Source: Octopus bimaculoides
Taxonomy: Eukaryota
Length of the DNA: 64,000 nucleotides
Assembly: GCF_001194135.2 (NCBI RefSeq)
Contig: NC_069004.1
Span: 25,180,221 to 25,244,220, forward strand
Direction of reading: 5' to 3'
In this document: piece by piece, positions 11,951-24,077 of the stretch
Layout: each line of letters starts with the position of its first letter
Numbering within the stretch: the stretch's first letter is position 1
Translations under genes and position numbers: made by a program
The notes under the pieces: generated by a model
The model's database searches: none
What the model was told of the DNA's origin: nothing
What the model saw: only the letters and a program-made list of their open reading frames with translations

Positions 11951-12288
11951 AATCGACCCCAGGACTTATTCTTTAGAAGCCTAGTACTTATTCTATCGGT
12001 CTCTTTTGCCGAACCGCAAAGTTACGGGGACATAAACACACCAGCATCGGTTGTCAAGCGATGTTGGGGGGACAAACACAGACACACAAACACATACATA
12101 CATACATATATATATATACATATACACGACGGGCTTCTCTCAGTTTCCGTCTACCAAATCCACTCACAAGGCTTTGGTCGGCCCGAGGCTATAGTAGAAG
12201 ACACTTGCCCAAGATGCCACGCAGTGGGACTGAACCCGGGACCATGTGGTTGGTAAGCAAGCTACTTACCACACAGCCACTCCTACGC
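11951..12288 (-). mobile_element. SINE family A, running into an N-gap
   Basis: Near-identical to 41160-41573 and 58885-59300. Confidence 0.92.
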
Positions 12289-13070
12289 TATATATTTATA
12301 TATTTATTCTAAATAGTTTAGAATTAAGAACAAAATTAGGAGCCATAAGAATGTTATGAAAATAATATTTTCACTCTTTTATCGTTTCTATTTCGCACTC
12401 ACATCCTACTCCTGTATCTCTCTCTCTCCCCCCTCTCTCTCTCTCTTTCTCCCCTCTGTCTCTTCCTCTTCCCATCTCTCTCCCGTATTTTCTTTCACTT
12501 ATTTATATGTTATGTCGGTTAACGTGAGCCTGTCTACTAGTGTTCGGTGCAAATCAATCATTACAGTCAGATATTCTCCATTGAACGATTCGGCTGGTAG
12601 AAAAATCTGCTAGTCTTAATGGTGCTCTTCCTGTTCGTCTATTGGGTAATTCTGATGTCAGTGACGCGAAAAATTCAATATCAGAGCGAAATTGGTGCGG
12701 TTTATAAATGAATATACATTCGTACTTGCATATTTAAACACACACATATACACACACATACACAAACAAACAAATAGACGTAAGACATATATGCGCACAA
12801 ATTGATATATCTAGATGCGTATACATACACGTATATGTATGTGTACCTATAGGGCGTATGGTGATTTTACACTGGTATGAATAGCAAATAATCGAAGAAC
12901 CGAAACGCTTAATAATGTTAGGTGGAGAGGAATAGCGTTATTTAATGAAATCCAACTCTCTGCTACTTGCGATTCCGAGTTTTCCGATGCCTATTATAAG
13001 TTGCCTATAGATTTGGAACGTAAACCAAATATAAAACCGAGGGAGATACCGAGACAGACAAGTAGATAGA

Positions 13071-13151
<81 letters not shown>

Positions 13152-13942
13152 NNNNNNNNNNNNNNNNNNNNNNNNNNNNNNNNNNNNNNNNNNNNNNNNN
13201 NNNNNNNNNNNNNNNNNNNNNNNNNNNNNNNNNNNNNNNNNNNNNNNNNNNNNNNNNNNNNNNNNNNNNNNNNNNNNNNNNNNNNNNNNNNNNNNNNNNN
13301 NNNNNNNNNNNNNNNNNNNNNNNNNNNNNNNNNNNNNNNNNNNNNNNNNNNNNNNNNNNNNNNNNNNNNNNNNNNNNNNNNNNNNNNNNNNNNNNNNNNN
13401 NNNNNNNNNNNNNNNNNNNNNNNNNNNNNNNNNNNNNNNNNNNNNNNNNNNNNNNNNNNNNNNNNNNNNNNNNNNNNNNNNNNNNNNNNNNNNNNNNNNN
13501 NNNNNNNNNNNNNNNNNNNNNNNNNNNNNNNNNNNNNNNNNNNNNNNNNNNNNNNNNNNNNNNNNNNNNNNNNNNNNNNNNNNNNNNNNNNNNNNNNNNN
13601 NNNNNNNNNNNNNNNNNNNNNNNNNNNNNNNNNNNNNNNNNNNNNNNNNNNNNNNNNNNNNNNNNNNNNNNTATATACTTTTTCTAGTGACGAAAAGTCA
13701 GTGATCTTGAAAAGGTGGAAACAAGCAATAATAAATCTCCGAGCGAGATATAAACAATAGCCACACGACATCGTGAAGTATATTTGCCACCTAAGTGTGG
13801 CTAACCCCTAAGGGTCGATGCTACTGTAGCTTGTAGCCCCAGGAAGACATCTCCTCCAGCTGGGTATTGACACACTATCTGTGCCCTATCAATAATATTT
13901 GCAAAGGGAAATCATCGTTCCCATCTCCAGCCTGACGTGATA

Positions 13943-13987
13943 CACACGGACCCGAGTTTCTGGGTATTGACCCGTCATCAGCGTGTG
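13943..13987 (-). ncRNA. Type I hammerhead ribozyme, copy 1
   Basis: Minus strand CACACG-CTGATGA-C-GGGT-CAAT-ACCC-A-GAAA-CTCGGG-TC|CGTGTG; perfect 6-bp stem I, intact core, GUC site. Confidence 0.85.
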
Positions 13988-14316
13988 ACAACCAGCAGTT
14001 GACGATGGGAAATAATTCTCAATGCAAATGTATATATATATATATATATATATACTTTTTCTAGTGACGAAAACTCAGTGATCTTGAAAAGGTGGAAACA
14101 AGCGATAATAAATCTCTGAGCGAGATATAAACAGTAACGGCACGACATCGTGAAGTATATTTGCCACCTAAATGTGGCTAACCCTTAAGGGTCGATGCTA
14201 TTGTAGCTTGTAACCCCAGGAAGACATCTCCTTCAGCTGCCTATTGACACACTATCTGTGCTCTACCAGTATTTGCAAAGGGAAGTCATTCTTCCCATCT
14301 CCAACCTGACGTGATA

Positions 14317-14361
14317 CACACGGACCCGAGTTTCTGGGTATTGACCCGTCATCAGCGTGTG
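14317..14361 (-). ncRNA. Type I hammerhead ribozyme, copy 2
   Basis: Identical 45 nt to copy 1, 374 bp away. Confidence 0.85.
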
Positions 14362-14401
14362 ACAATCACCGGTTGGCTATGGGAAATGGTTCTCAATGCA
14401 A

Positions 14402-14434
<33 letters not shown>

Positions 14435-14829
14435 GATATATACATACGTCAGATGTAAAATAATATGGTAAAAAGAAATGAAATGAGTATTAATTGTTTA
14501 TTGTTATTGAACAAATGAAACATTAAATGTCCATTCTTATTGAACTAGTATACTTTCTTGCATTTATGCAATCTTCAGGTTCATCTGGTGGTGGTGATAG
14601 TTGTGTTCATTGGCTTCAACTAGGGCTGACTCGTTAAATTTTGTCCTTTATATACATTCCTGTAGTTAGAAGTAGTAGTTCCTTGGCTATTTTTAGAAAT
14701 GATGCCATACCATTTTTCAGTGTTTATTTTTAGAAATGATGACAGCAGATATTAATAAATTATTTAATATTAGAAGAATTTGGTTAACAATATTCAACAA
14801 TTAGACACCAGTAAATGTAAATAGAATAC

Positions 14830-15600
14830 AGATCATACGAAAATCTTCTTGCATGACAGGTAAATCCAAATATAATTTGGCAGAATTTCGAGAAATTCAG
14901 AGTATTTGACAATACCCGTCACTACTTATAGTAAATTGTGTTCAGCGGGCTATGAAAATACCCACACAACAACCGAAGACAATACAAAGAAGAGAAAAAC
15001 AAGAACAAATCATACCATTTATAGTGACGCACAATTCATGCCACCATATCATTTTCAAAATCGCTAAAGCAAACCTACCATTCATTGCTCAAAGTAAGGA
15101 ATTATGAGACATCATTACAGACCAAACAATTACTCTCAGTAAAAGGCAGCCTAAAAGCATGAAAAAGTTATTATCAAAGGCAAGGTTTGACCTTAGCAAC
15201 AAAGACCAACAATTCACTGTGTCTAAATGCAATGATAGCCAATGCGGTACATGCCAATTAATTCATACCGGCCCATATATGAACACAAAAAACGGGGAAA
15301 ATATTCACAAACGCAAATATGAACTGCAAAAGCAGAAATTTAATCTACTGCATCAAATGCCCGAATTGTGAAGAACTGTATGCTGGCCAGACAGGCAATG
15401 CACTATCAGAACGCTCACATGTGCACCAACAGCAAATTAAAAATCCAGAAGTACACCAAATACCGCTGAGTAAAATGTGGCCGGAAAATATTTATAATAT
15501 TTCCATTTCATAAACTATACAATCCGAATGTAATCAAGAGAAAACTGAGAGAAAAGGACTTTATTAATAAAATCAAAGCCAAGCTTAATAAACAATGATA
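14830..15600 (+). mobile_element. Penelope-like retroelement 3' remnant (linker, Cys/His knuckle, GIY-YIG endonuclease)
   Basis: IIPFIVTHNS..SKRQPKSMKKLLSKARF..KCNDSQCGTC / MNCKSRNLIYCIKCPNCEELYAGQTGNALSER; stops and frameshifts. Confidence 0.9.
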
Positions 15601-15699
15601 AAAACTAATCTTATTTAAGGTTTAAAAGTCTTATCCCCATATCTAAAAATAAAAATCTCTAAAAAGTACTGTTGTTATCATTTCTAAAAATAAACACTT

Positions 15700-15806
15700 T
15701 CGGGTTCAGTCCCAATGACAGGTACCTTGGCAAAGTGTCTTCTGCTGTAGTTTCGGCCCGACCAAAGCCTTGTGAGTGGACGAGGTAGACGGAAACTGAA
15801 AGAAGC
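15700..15806 (+). mobile_element. SINE A head, running into an N-gap
   Basis: GGGTTCAGTCCCA..CCTTGGCAAAGTGTCTTCT..GGTAGACGGAAACTGAAAGAAGC. Confidence 0.85.
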
Positions 15807-16508
15807 NNNNNNNNNNNNNNNNNNNNNNNNNNNNNNNNNNNNNNNNNNNNNNNNNNNNNNNNNNNNNNNNNNNNNNNNNNNNNNNNNNNNNNNNNNNNNN
15901 NNNNNNNNNNNNNNNNNNNNNNNNNNNNNNNNNNNNNNNNNNNNNNNNNNNNNNNNNNNNNNNNNNNNNNNNNNNNNNNNNNNNNNNNNNNNNNNNNNNN
16001 NNNNNNNNNNNNNNNNNNNNNNNNNNNNNNNNNNNNNNNNNNNNNNNNNNNNNNNNNNNNNNNNNNNNNNNNNNNNNNNNNNNNNNNNNNNNNNNNNNNN
16101 NNNNNNNNNNNNNNNNNNNNNNNNNNNNNNNNNNNNNNNNNNNNNNNNNNNNNNNNNNNNNNNNNNNNNNNNNNNNNNNNNNNNNNNNNNNNNNNNNNNN
16201 NNNNNNNNNNNNTATATGCAGTAATGATGCGATAAAGTAGTTGTATGCTGTCAACTTAATGTGACAGTCCCATGAAGGGAATAATGCTACTGCTATCTAG
16301 CCCTGAGAAGCAGCACCGCTAAACCTGTATCCAGAGACTAGTTTCTGAGTCATTCCTCGGCACACACACACGCACACACTCGCGCAGACAAACAGACAGC
16401 CAGAGATAGAGGGAGAGAAGGAAAGAGAGAGAGGAGGAAAGATACATACATACATACATACATACATACATACATACATACATACATACATACATACGCG
16501 CATACAGA

Positions 16509-16570
<62 letters not shown>

Positions 16571-17088
16571 CTCTCTTCCATCTTGTTTAACGTTTCAATT
16601 CTGAACATAAAATTGTTGCAACACAGCAAAAATTTCAGCAGCAACTTAACAGCTTAGAATCATGAAAATGAATCCATTGTCTTTGATTAGCCGCGCACCG
16701 GAATTTCTCGCTTAAATTTGAACATCGTTTTAAGGAACCAAGTCGCTGCTTTATTTAGCGACCGCAAGAAGAAAAAAAGTATAGAAAAAAGTAAAGAAAG
16801 AAAATAAGGAAGCAATCAGTGAGAATCGGTTTGTTGTGGAGTTCTGAAGTGTTTGTTCGTTCTAACTATATCTTCCTACTTGAGAAACAATTTCATAATT
16901 TCTTAAAGTACAGCCACTTTAAAAAAGAATTATTTATCCAGTAGTCCCCCCTTATCCGATTACGTCATACAAACTAAAAATAATGTCATCAGATGCTAAA
17001 GTAATGATTGAAAACAAAAAATAAGGAAACTGTAGGAAGAGGAAAGAGAAATATCGTCGTGATCTACGTCGTCAATTTAGAAATATCA

Positions 17089-17325
17089 GGCATGGCTGTG
17101 TGACTAAGAAGCTTGCTTTGCTATCACGTGGTTTTGGGATCGGTCACACTCCGCGGCATCTTGGGCAAGTGTTTCTACTATTATTAGTAACTACTGTCCG
17201 AGGTCGACTTTGCCTTTCATCATTTCAGGATCGATAAATTAAATACCAACTGAGCACTGGGATCGATGTAATCGACTAGTTCCCTACCCTTAAATTACAA
17301 TGCCTTGCGCCTATAGCAGAAGGGA
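17089..17325 (+). mobile_element. SINE A head joined to SINE B 3' half
   Basis: GGCATGGCTGTGTG..CATCTTGGGCAAGTGTTTCTACTA followed by CCGAGGTCGACTTTGCCTTTCATC. Confidence 0.7.
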
Positions 17326-17408
17326 TCATTAGTAACTACTGTTCGTATCTGACCAATGGTTTGCAAAAACACCATGAGTGAATTTGATTGACGGAGGAAG
17401 TGTGGAAG

Positions 17409-17459
<51 letters not shown>

Positions 17460-17460
<1 letters not shown>

Positions 17461-17980
17461 CATTAGTTTCCTCTCACTTCTGTACTGAGACTGCATGTTA
17501 CGTGCTGCAGCATGACTTTGGTGATGTTGAGAAAATCTCATCTCACTTATCTTGAAACTCCATTTGATGTACTGCAGCATATCTTTGCTGATCTTGGGAA
17601 AATTTCATCTCCCTTCACTTTTGAGACTCCATTTAATGTGCTGCAGCACCTGTTTGTTGATCTTGGGAAAGTTTCATCTCACTTCTGGATTGAGATACTA
17701 TCTGAGATGCTGTAGCATACCTTTGCTGATCTTGAGAAAGTCTCATCTCACTTCTGTCTTGAGACTCCATTTGACGTTCTACAGCAATCGTTTACTGATG
17801 TTGGGAAAGTCTAATCTTTCCTCTCTCTTGAGACTCCATTTCATGTGCTGCAGCATGTGTTTCGTGATCTTGAGAAAGTCCCATCGCCCTTCTCGCTTGA
17901 GACCCTCACGTTCGGTTTTCTACAATCCTCCTTCCTTTATACTTGTTTCTGGAGGGATTACGTCTTTCCTTTAGTGGCAT
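17460..17980 (-). mobile_element. Helitron-like Rep/helicase N-terminal region with 69-bp (23-aa) repeats, decayed
   Basis: Repeat anchors at 17590, 17659, 17728, 17797, 17866; minus strand reads MPLKERRNPSR.. then MESQDRSEMRLSQDQQRYATASQ-type units with stops. Confidence 0.6.
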
Positions 17981-18463
17981 ATTTTTTCCAATATTGTAAG
18001 CAAAATATTATGAGCATAGAAAAAATTATACATTAATCTCTATTTTTGTAAACAGTTGCATGTATGTAGTATGTCTGTATTTTTGTATGCAATATAAATT
18101 AACCAAATGTAAGCAAATTAACCAAATAGAATCAAATATATGAAATGCTAATCTTCTTTCGAAATAATATGATCTTAGTGTTATCACGTTAGAATTAAAA
18201 ATGAAAGAATAAAATTTACACAGTATTATATCACATTACAATATAGATCTCCTTCTTTCCTTTTCGACACGTAATACCGAATCAGTGCCAATGTTATATT
18301 GTTTTAATCCAAATGAAGTAAAAAAAAATCATGTTGCAACTCACAGGGTCTGATGCTATTATCATGTAAAAATTTGATTTGATTTGGTCGAGCCATTTGA
18401 GAATGCACAGTGAACAGACAGACAGAGAAAGAATTATATATATATATATATATACATATATAA

Positions 18464-18509
<46 letters not shown>

Positions 18510-18726
18510 NNNNNNNNNNNNNNNNNNNNNNNNNNNNNNNNNNNNNNNNNNNNNNNNNNNNNNNNNNNNNNNNNNNNNNNNNNNNNNNNNNNNNNNNNNN
18601 NNNNNNNNNNNNNNNNNNNNNNNNNNNNNNNNNNNNNNNNNNNNNNNNNNNNNNNNNNNNNNNNNNNNNNNNNNNNNNNNNNNNNNNNNNNNNNNNNNNN
18701 NNNNNNNNNNNNNNNNNNNNNNNNNN

Positions 18727-18729
<3 letters not shown>

Positions 18730-18760
<31 letters not shown>

Positions 18761-18772
18761 TTGTGTGTGTGT

Positions 18773-18813
<41 letters not shown>

Positions 18814-19045
18814 TGCGTGTGTGTTTGTGTGTAAGGTTATCTTTTTATATGTGTTTGTTGCCACATCACTTGACAACCATGATGGTTTGTTTACGACCCT
18901 GTAACTTAGTGGTTTGTGAAGGCAGACCGATAGAATAAGTACCAGACTTAAATTGGAAAATAGGTACTAGGGTCGTTTATTCGACTGAAACCTTTCGAGG
19001 CTGTGCCCAACATGGCCGCTGTTTAATTACAGAAGCAACGAAAGG
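18730..19045 (+). mobile_element. SINE A 3' half
   Basis: (TG)n then CTTGACAACC..GTAACTTAG..GACCGATAGAATAAGTACC..CATGGCCGC. Confidence 0.8.
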
Positions 19046-19711
19046 AGATAAGATAATCTACCAACCTGACCTAATAAATCTTCCATGCAAAAATCGCTTG
19101 AACATAACGCTTCTAAACTAACAAGTAGACGGAGTAAAATCATGGTAAATTGAGAATAACAATTTCGAACGGAAGGCACTTCTGCTTTTACGTATCGTTC
19201 CTAGTTATCCTTCAAATCTTGATTCCTTCCTACGTACGTAACTCTCTTAAGTTATTTTTATTCCAATTTCAATTATACTAAGCTTATGGATTAGAGATTC
19301 ATTTCCATTTATCTTCGAACAACTATTTGTCAGTTGATTACATATGTTTTCGATAAATAATAAATGATAGTCAAAAATTACCGAAAAAAATACTTTGTAT
19401 GCAATAAAAATATACTAAAAATCTTTGGGAGAATGTTAATGCAAATGCCTCAATGCGGTTTGAGAGAACACCATGTTCCAATATATTTAAGAAAGACCTT
19501 AAGGTAGAAGACGGAACAGCCTCACTCAGAAATAGCTTTTTACAAATGATTGCCCAACTATCCATGCAGCTGATATCAGGTTTTATTGCATTCTGATAAC
19601 CAGACACTAAATTGGGAAGAACTTAACTGTAACTAAATAAAGAATCGGGTTACCAAATGTAATGTAGAAAAGAATGCTGTATATGTGGTCGTTGTTGAAG
19701 AATCAAATAAA

Positions 19712-20010
19712 CTAGCACTCAGCTCGTTACGACGGCGAGGGCTTCGGTTGAATCGACCAACGGAACAGCCTGCTCGTGAAATTAACGTGCTGTATCCTTC
19801 GTGTAGTTGTCAGCGAGATGCACCGTGACACAGAATGGGACAAGGCTGGCCCTTTCAAATACAGGTACAACTTATTTTTACCAGCTGAGTGGACAGGAGC
19901 AACGTGAAATACAATGTCTTGCTCAACGAACACAACTCGCTGCCGGGAATCAAACTCATGACCATGCGATCATGAACCGAATACTCTAACCACTAAGCCA
20001 CGCGCTTACA
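19712..20010 (-). mobile_element. SINE family C
   Basis: Reverse complement of the 7731-type head: CTCTAACCACTAAGCCACGCGC, CGTGAAATA.AATGTCTTGCTCAA. Confidence 0.85.
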
Positions 20011-20026
20011 CTGAAGGATGAAATAT

Positions 20027-20432
20027 TATGATGACTAAAATGGTATGATGACTAAAATGCTATGATGACTAAAATGCTATGATGACTAAAATGGTATGAC
20101 GACTAAAATGCTAAGATGACTAAAATGGTATGACGACTAAAATGCTATGATGACTAAAATGCTATGATGACTAAAATGCTATGATGACTAAAATGCTATG
20201 ATGACTAATGCTAAGATGACTAAAATGGTATGATGACTAAAATGGTATTATGACTAAAATGCTATGATGACTAAAATGGTATGATGACTAAAATGGCATG
20301 ATGGCTAAAATGCTATGATGATTAAATGCTATGATGACTAAAATACTATGATGACTAAAATGCTATGATGACTAAAATGCTATGATGACTAAAATGCTAT
20401 GATGATTAAATGCTATAATGACTAAAATGGTA
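20027..20432. repeat. 17-bp minisatellite (TATGATGACTAAAATGC/G), about 24 units
   Basis: Direct reading. Confidence 0.95.
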
Positions 20433-21039
20433 TATTCTAAAATCTCTATAAATACTTGTCCTCGTTACCTGACTACCAGAAAGCTGTTAAAATGAGTTAG
20501 GGAAGAAGATCAGTATCAATAAATACAACGATGAACACACTTGATAATTATAAATGTATATCTCTGTTGTCTTTCTGAATGTACCTGCACGTGAGAAAGA
20601 GATATAAATGAACTGTGTGTCTGCAACAAATATGCTTACTGCTGTCTCCTATAGTATTTATGGAAGAGAAAAGTGGCAGGACAGCTAATATGAATGCAAT
20701 ATGTGTGTGAGTGTAGGGGCTGTTTATGTATATATGTATAAGTGAGTGAGAGAGAGAGAGAGAGAGATGGAGAGTGGAGAGTGGAGAGGAGATTGTGTTT
20801 TAACGGCATGCAAGTGAATCAGAGACTTCTATCGTTATAGGATTTTTCTGGTGAAAGATTTGTCGAAGCTTATTTATAACGAAAATTATGAATATTCAGA
20901 AATGTTGTCTGCCTTTTGTCGTGAAAATAGAACTAGGATTGTGAAATTAGCCGCCACAAATTAAAATCATCTGAAATAAATGTCGGGAAGCAGACTTAAC
21001 AGCTAAAGGGATTTGGTATTTGCAATAAAACTATTACTC

Positions 21040-21495
21040 TTTATAATTTTGGCACAAGGCCAGAAATTTTTATGTGGAGGGTGCAAATCGATTATATCGA
21101 TCTCAGTTCTCAACTGGTACTTTTTTATCGATACCGAAATTATGAAAGTCAAAGTCGACGTAATAAGTCGGAAGAGATTTGCAATTAAACATTGCTTCCC
21201 AATTTTGACACAAGGCCAGCAATTTTAGGGGAGAGGGTAAGTCGATTACATCGACCTCAGTACTCAACTTGTACTTAATTTATCGACCCCGAAACGACCT
21301 GCTCGTGAAACTCACGTGCAAGTGAGTGAGCACTTCACAGATACGCGAACCCTTACCGTAGTTATCAGGAAGACATGTGGAATGGAGCAACGTGAAATAA
21401 AATGTCTCGTTCAAGGACATAACATGGCTCTGGGAATCGAACTCACGGCCTTACAATCGTCTGCCGTTTACACTAACCACTAAACCACACACTTT
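21040..21495 (-). mobile_element. Cluster of two partial SINE B copies plus a partial SINE C
   Basis: Two GGCCAG.AATTTT..CGAT.A.ATCGA..CTCAACT.GTACT blocks followed by the reverse-complemented SINE C head. Confidence 0.8.
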
Positions 21496-23030
21496 CCTCA
21501 TCTTAAAGCCTTAGAGAAATAACTCGGGTTTTAGAGCGACTTTGAGAAAACACTCCAAAGTTTGAACGAATCTTAGAAATAAAAACATTTGACATCGAAG
21601 CGCTGAATAGAAAGAATTACAGTTTTCTAAGCGGGTTAAGGAATCAATACTGGAGGTGGTTTTTGTATAAGAGAATATGATTTAACATCATATATATTTA
21701 TTTATTTCGTGTTTTTATGCATATCTTAAAGAAACTGTTCATGTCTTTTGTTCAATTACTCAAAGGAACTTTCCTATACATATATATAGTAAGCATTGTA
21801 TATTTACTGGATTCTAAATAATTGCATATGCTTCTCAATAGCTCAAAGACTTTTGTGGCAAAAAGACAATATTTTATCTTATGTGATAACGATATTTTTC
21901 ATAGCAATATGAAAAATAGTTTTAATTTATTATTCGAGACAAAGATACACACACACACACACACACACACACATATTACAAATATAAGTGGGTGTATGAA
22001 TATAAAGTATAGCGAATAAAGATATATTCGTATAAAATAAATTCATGATTTAATGAAATTGTCTCCTTTTCAATAGTAAGACTAAATTAATGGTTAACTC
22101 TCATATGTGCAGAAGAGTAGAAAACATTTAGGCTTGGGTGATCGCAAATATTTTCTACTGTTTTTCTATAAGCCTATATCTCACGCCTGTTAAACTAAAG
22201 ATAGGACATCAGCTGTGCTGAAGACAACTATTGAAGCAGAAACACGTCAACACTGCGGTCGTTCTTTTTTTCACCAGACAATCAGAAAGTCTTTTCTTTA
22301 ATGACATGTCAATTTCGGTACAGTCTTGCTTCATGAGATTCTTCTTCTTTTCCAATAGGGAATGGATGCAATGTCCATTAGGCATCTCTTTACTAGTCAT
22401 TTGAAGGGAAGATAATTTCAATAAATCAAAGTCTTATCTTTAATAGTATTTAATATGTGTATTCCTCTTCATTATTCACTTATACATACATACATACATA
22501 CATACATACATACATACATACATGCATACATGCGACTATATGCATAAGAACACATCCATTAAACAAAACATACAAATCAGCACATATACATACAAGCATA
22601 TATATANNNNNNNNNNNNNNNNNNNNNNNNNNNNNNNNNNNNNNNNNNNNNNNNNNNNNNNNNNNNNNNNNNNNNNNNNNNNNNNNNNNNNNNNNNNNNN
22701 NNNNNNNNNNNNNNNNNNNNNNNNNNNNNNNNNNNNNNNNNNNNNNNNNNNNNNNNNNNNNNNNNNNNNNNNNNNNNNNNNNNNNNNNNNNNNNNNNNNN
22801 NNNNNNNNNNNNNNNNNNNNNNNNNNNNNNNNNNNNNNNNNNNNNNNNNNNNNNNNNNNNNNNNNNNNNNNNNNNNNNNNNNNNNNNNNNNNNNNNNNNN
22901 NNNNNNNNNNNNNNNNNNNNNNNNNNNNNNNNNNNNNNNNNNNNNNNNNNNNNNNNNNNNNNNNNNNNNNNNNNNNNNNNNNNNNNNNNNNNNNNNNNNN
23001 NNNNNNNNNNNNNNNNNNNNNNNNNNNNNN

Positions 23031-23086
<56 letters not shown>

Positions 23087-23112
23087 TAGATCTAGCTAGG
23101 TAGCTAACTAAC

Positions 23113-23167
<55 letters not shown>

Positions 23168-24022
23168 AAACTTTTAAACCGAGGAGATGGAATGAACAGG
23201 ATTTTATCTCAAATCACAACAATTGTTTCTATGTATTGGTAATGGTTAAGTTTTCCGTATCATTCTATTACATAAAATGTTACATAAATAATTACATGAA
23301 TAAATATGTTCCCGTAGCAATTGTGTACCGGTGCATCATCAGGTGAGTGGCTTGGTTAGAACTGATAGAGTATTTCTTGTCTCTTTTGTATGCAAATGCT
23401 TTTTTTCAAAGGACGTGTGGTCAACCTATTATCCCTGCGGGATACTGACTTATCTACCAGGCACTAAAAAACTTGATTTTTAGTTGTCCTGGTACCCATC
23501 ACAGTCATTAGAAGATGGCTATCACACAGGAAGAGATCTATTCGCCTGCACCTATTTACAGACACACATGTTCATTGACTCGGTATATACATAGAAATAA
23601 TTATATCTAAATATACATACATACATACATACATACATACATACATACATACATACATACATACATACACACGTACACACATCCATACAATCATTCGAGG
23701 ACAATTTTAAATCGTCTTACTCTATTTAATTTTTTTCATTCGAGAACTATTGGAAATCTTTTAAACATCTCACTTGCTCATGATTTTGATTTAATCTATT
23801 TTATCTCATGTAATTTTTTGTATATATATTATGATCGTCCAACCTTGGGATTATAATAAAAAAATATATATGTATATATTTGATCGTATTCCAAATTTGA
23901 ATATGTATTGACCGGACTAGGAGGATGATAAACTAATCTGTCTTCTCTCCCTCCTTGAACTTTGATAGTTGCTCAATGTATTGAGCCCTTCCGTTTTATT
24001 TCATGGAAAGAGTTGCACTCGC

Positions 24023-24077
<55 letters not shown>

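Larger units (their letters stand above)
13672..14445 (-). mobile_element. Two tandem ~375-bp repeats separated by (TA)n, each with a hammerhead (retrozyme or Penelope pseudo-LTR-like)
   Basis: Copies 13672-14030 and 14052-14402, about 29 substitutions plus a 3-nt indel by manual alignment; gap 13152-13671 may hide more copies. Confidence 0.85.

Noticed and set aside
17552-17974. Leucine-rich-repeat protein on the plus strand
   Set aside because: The 23-aa period fits, but there is no LxxLxLxxN consensus; the minus strand fits a Helitron-type repeat better
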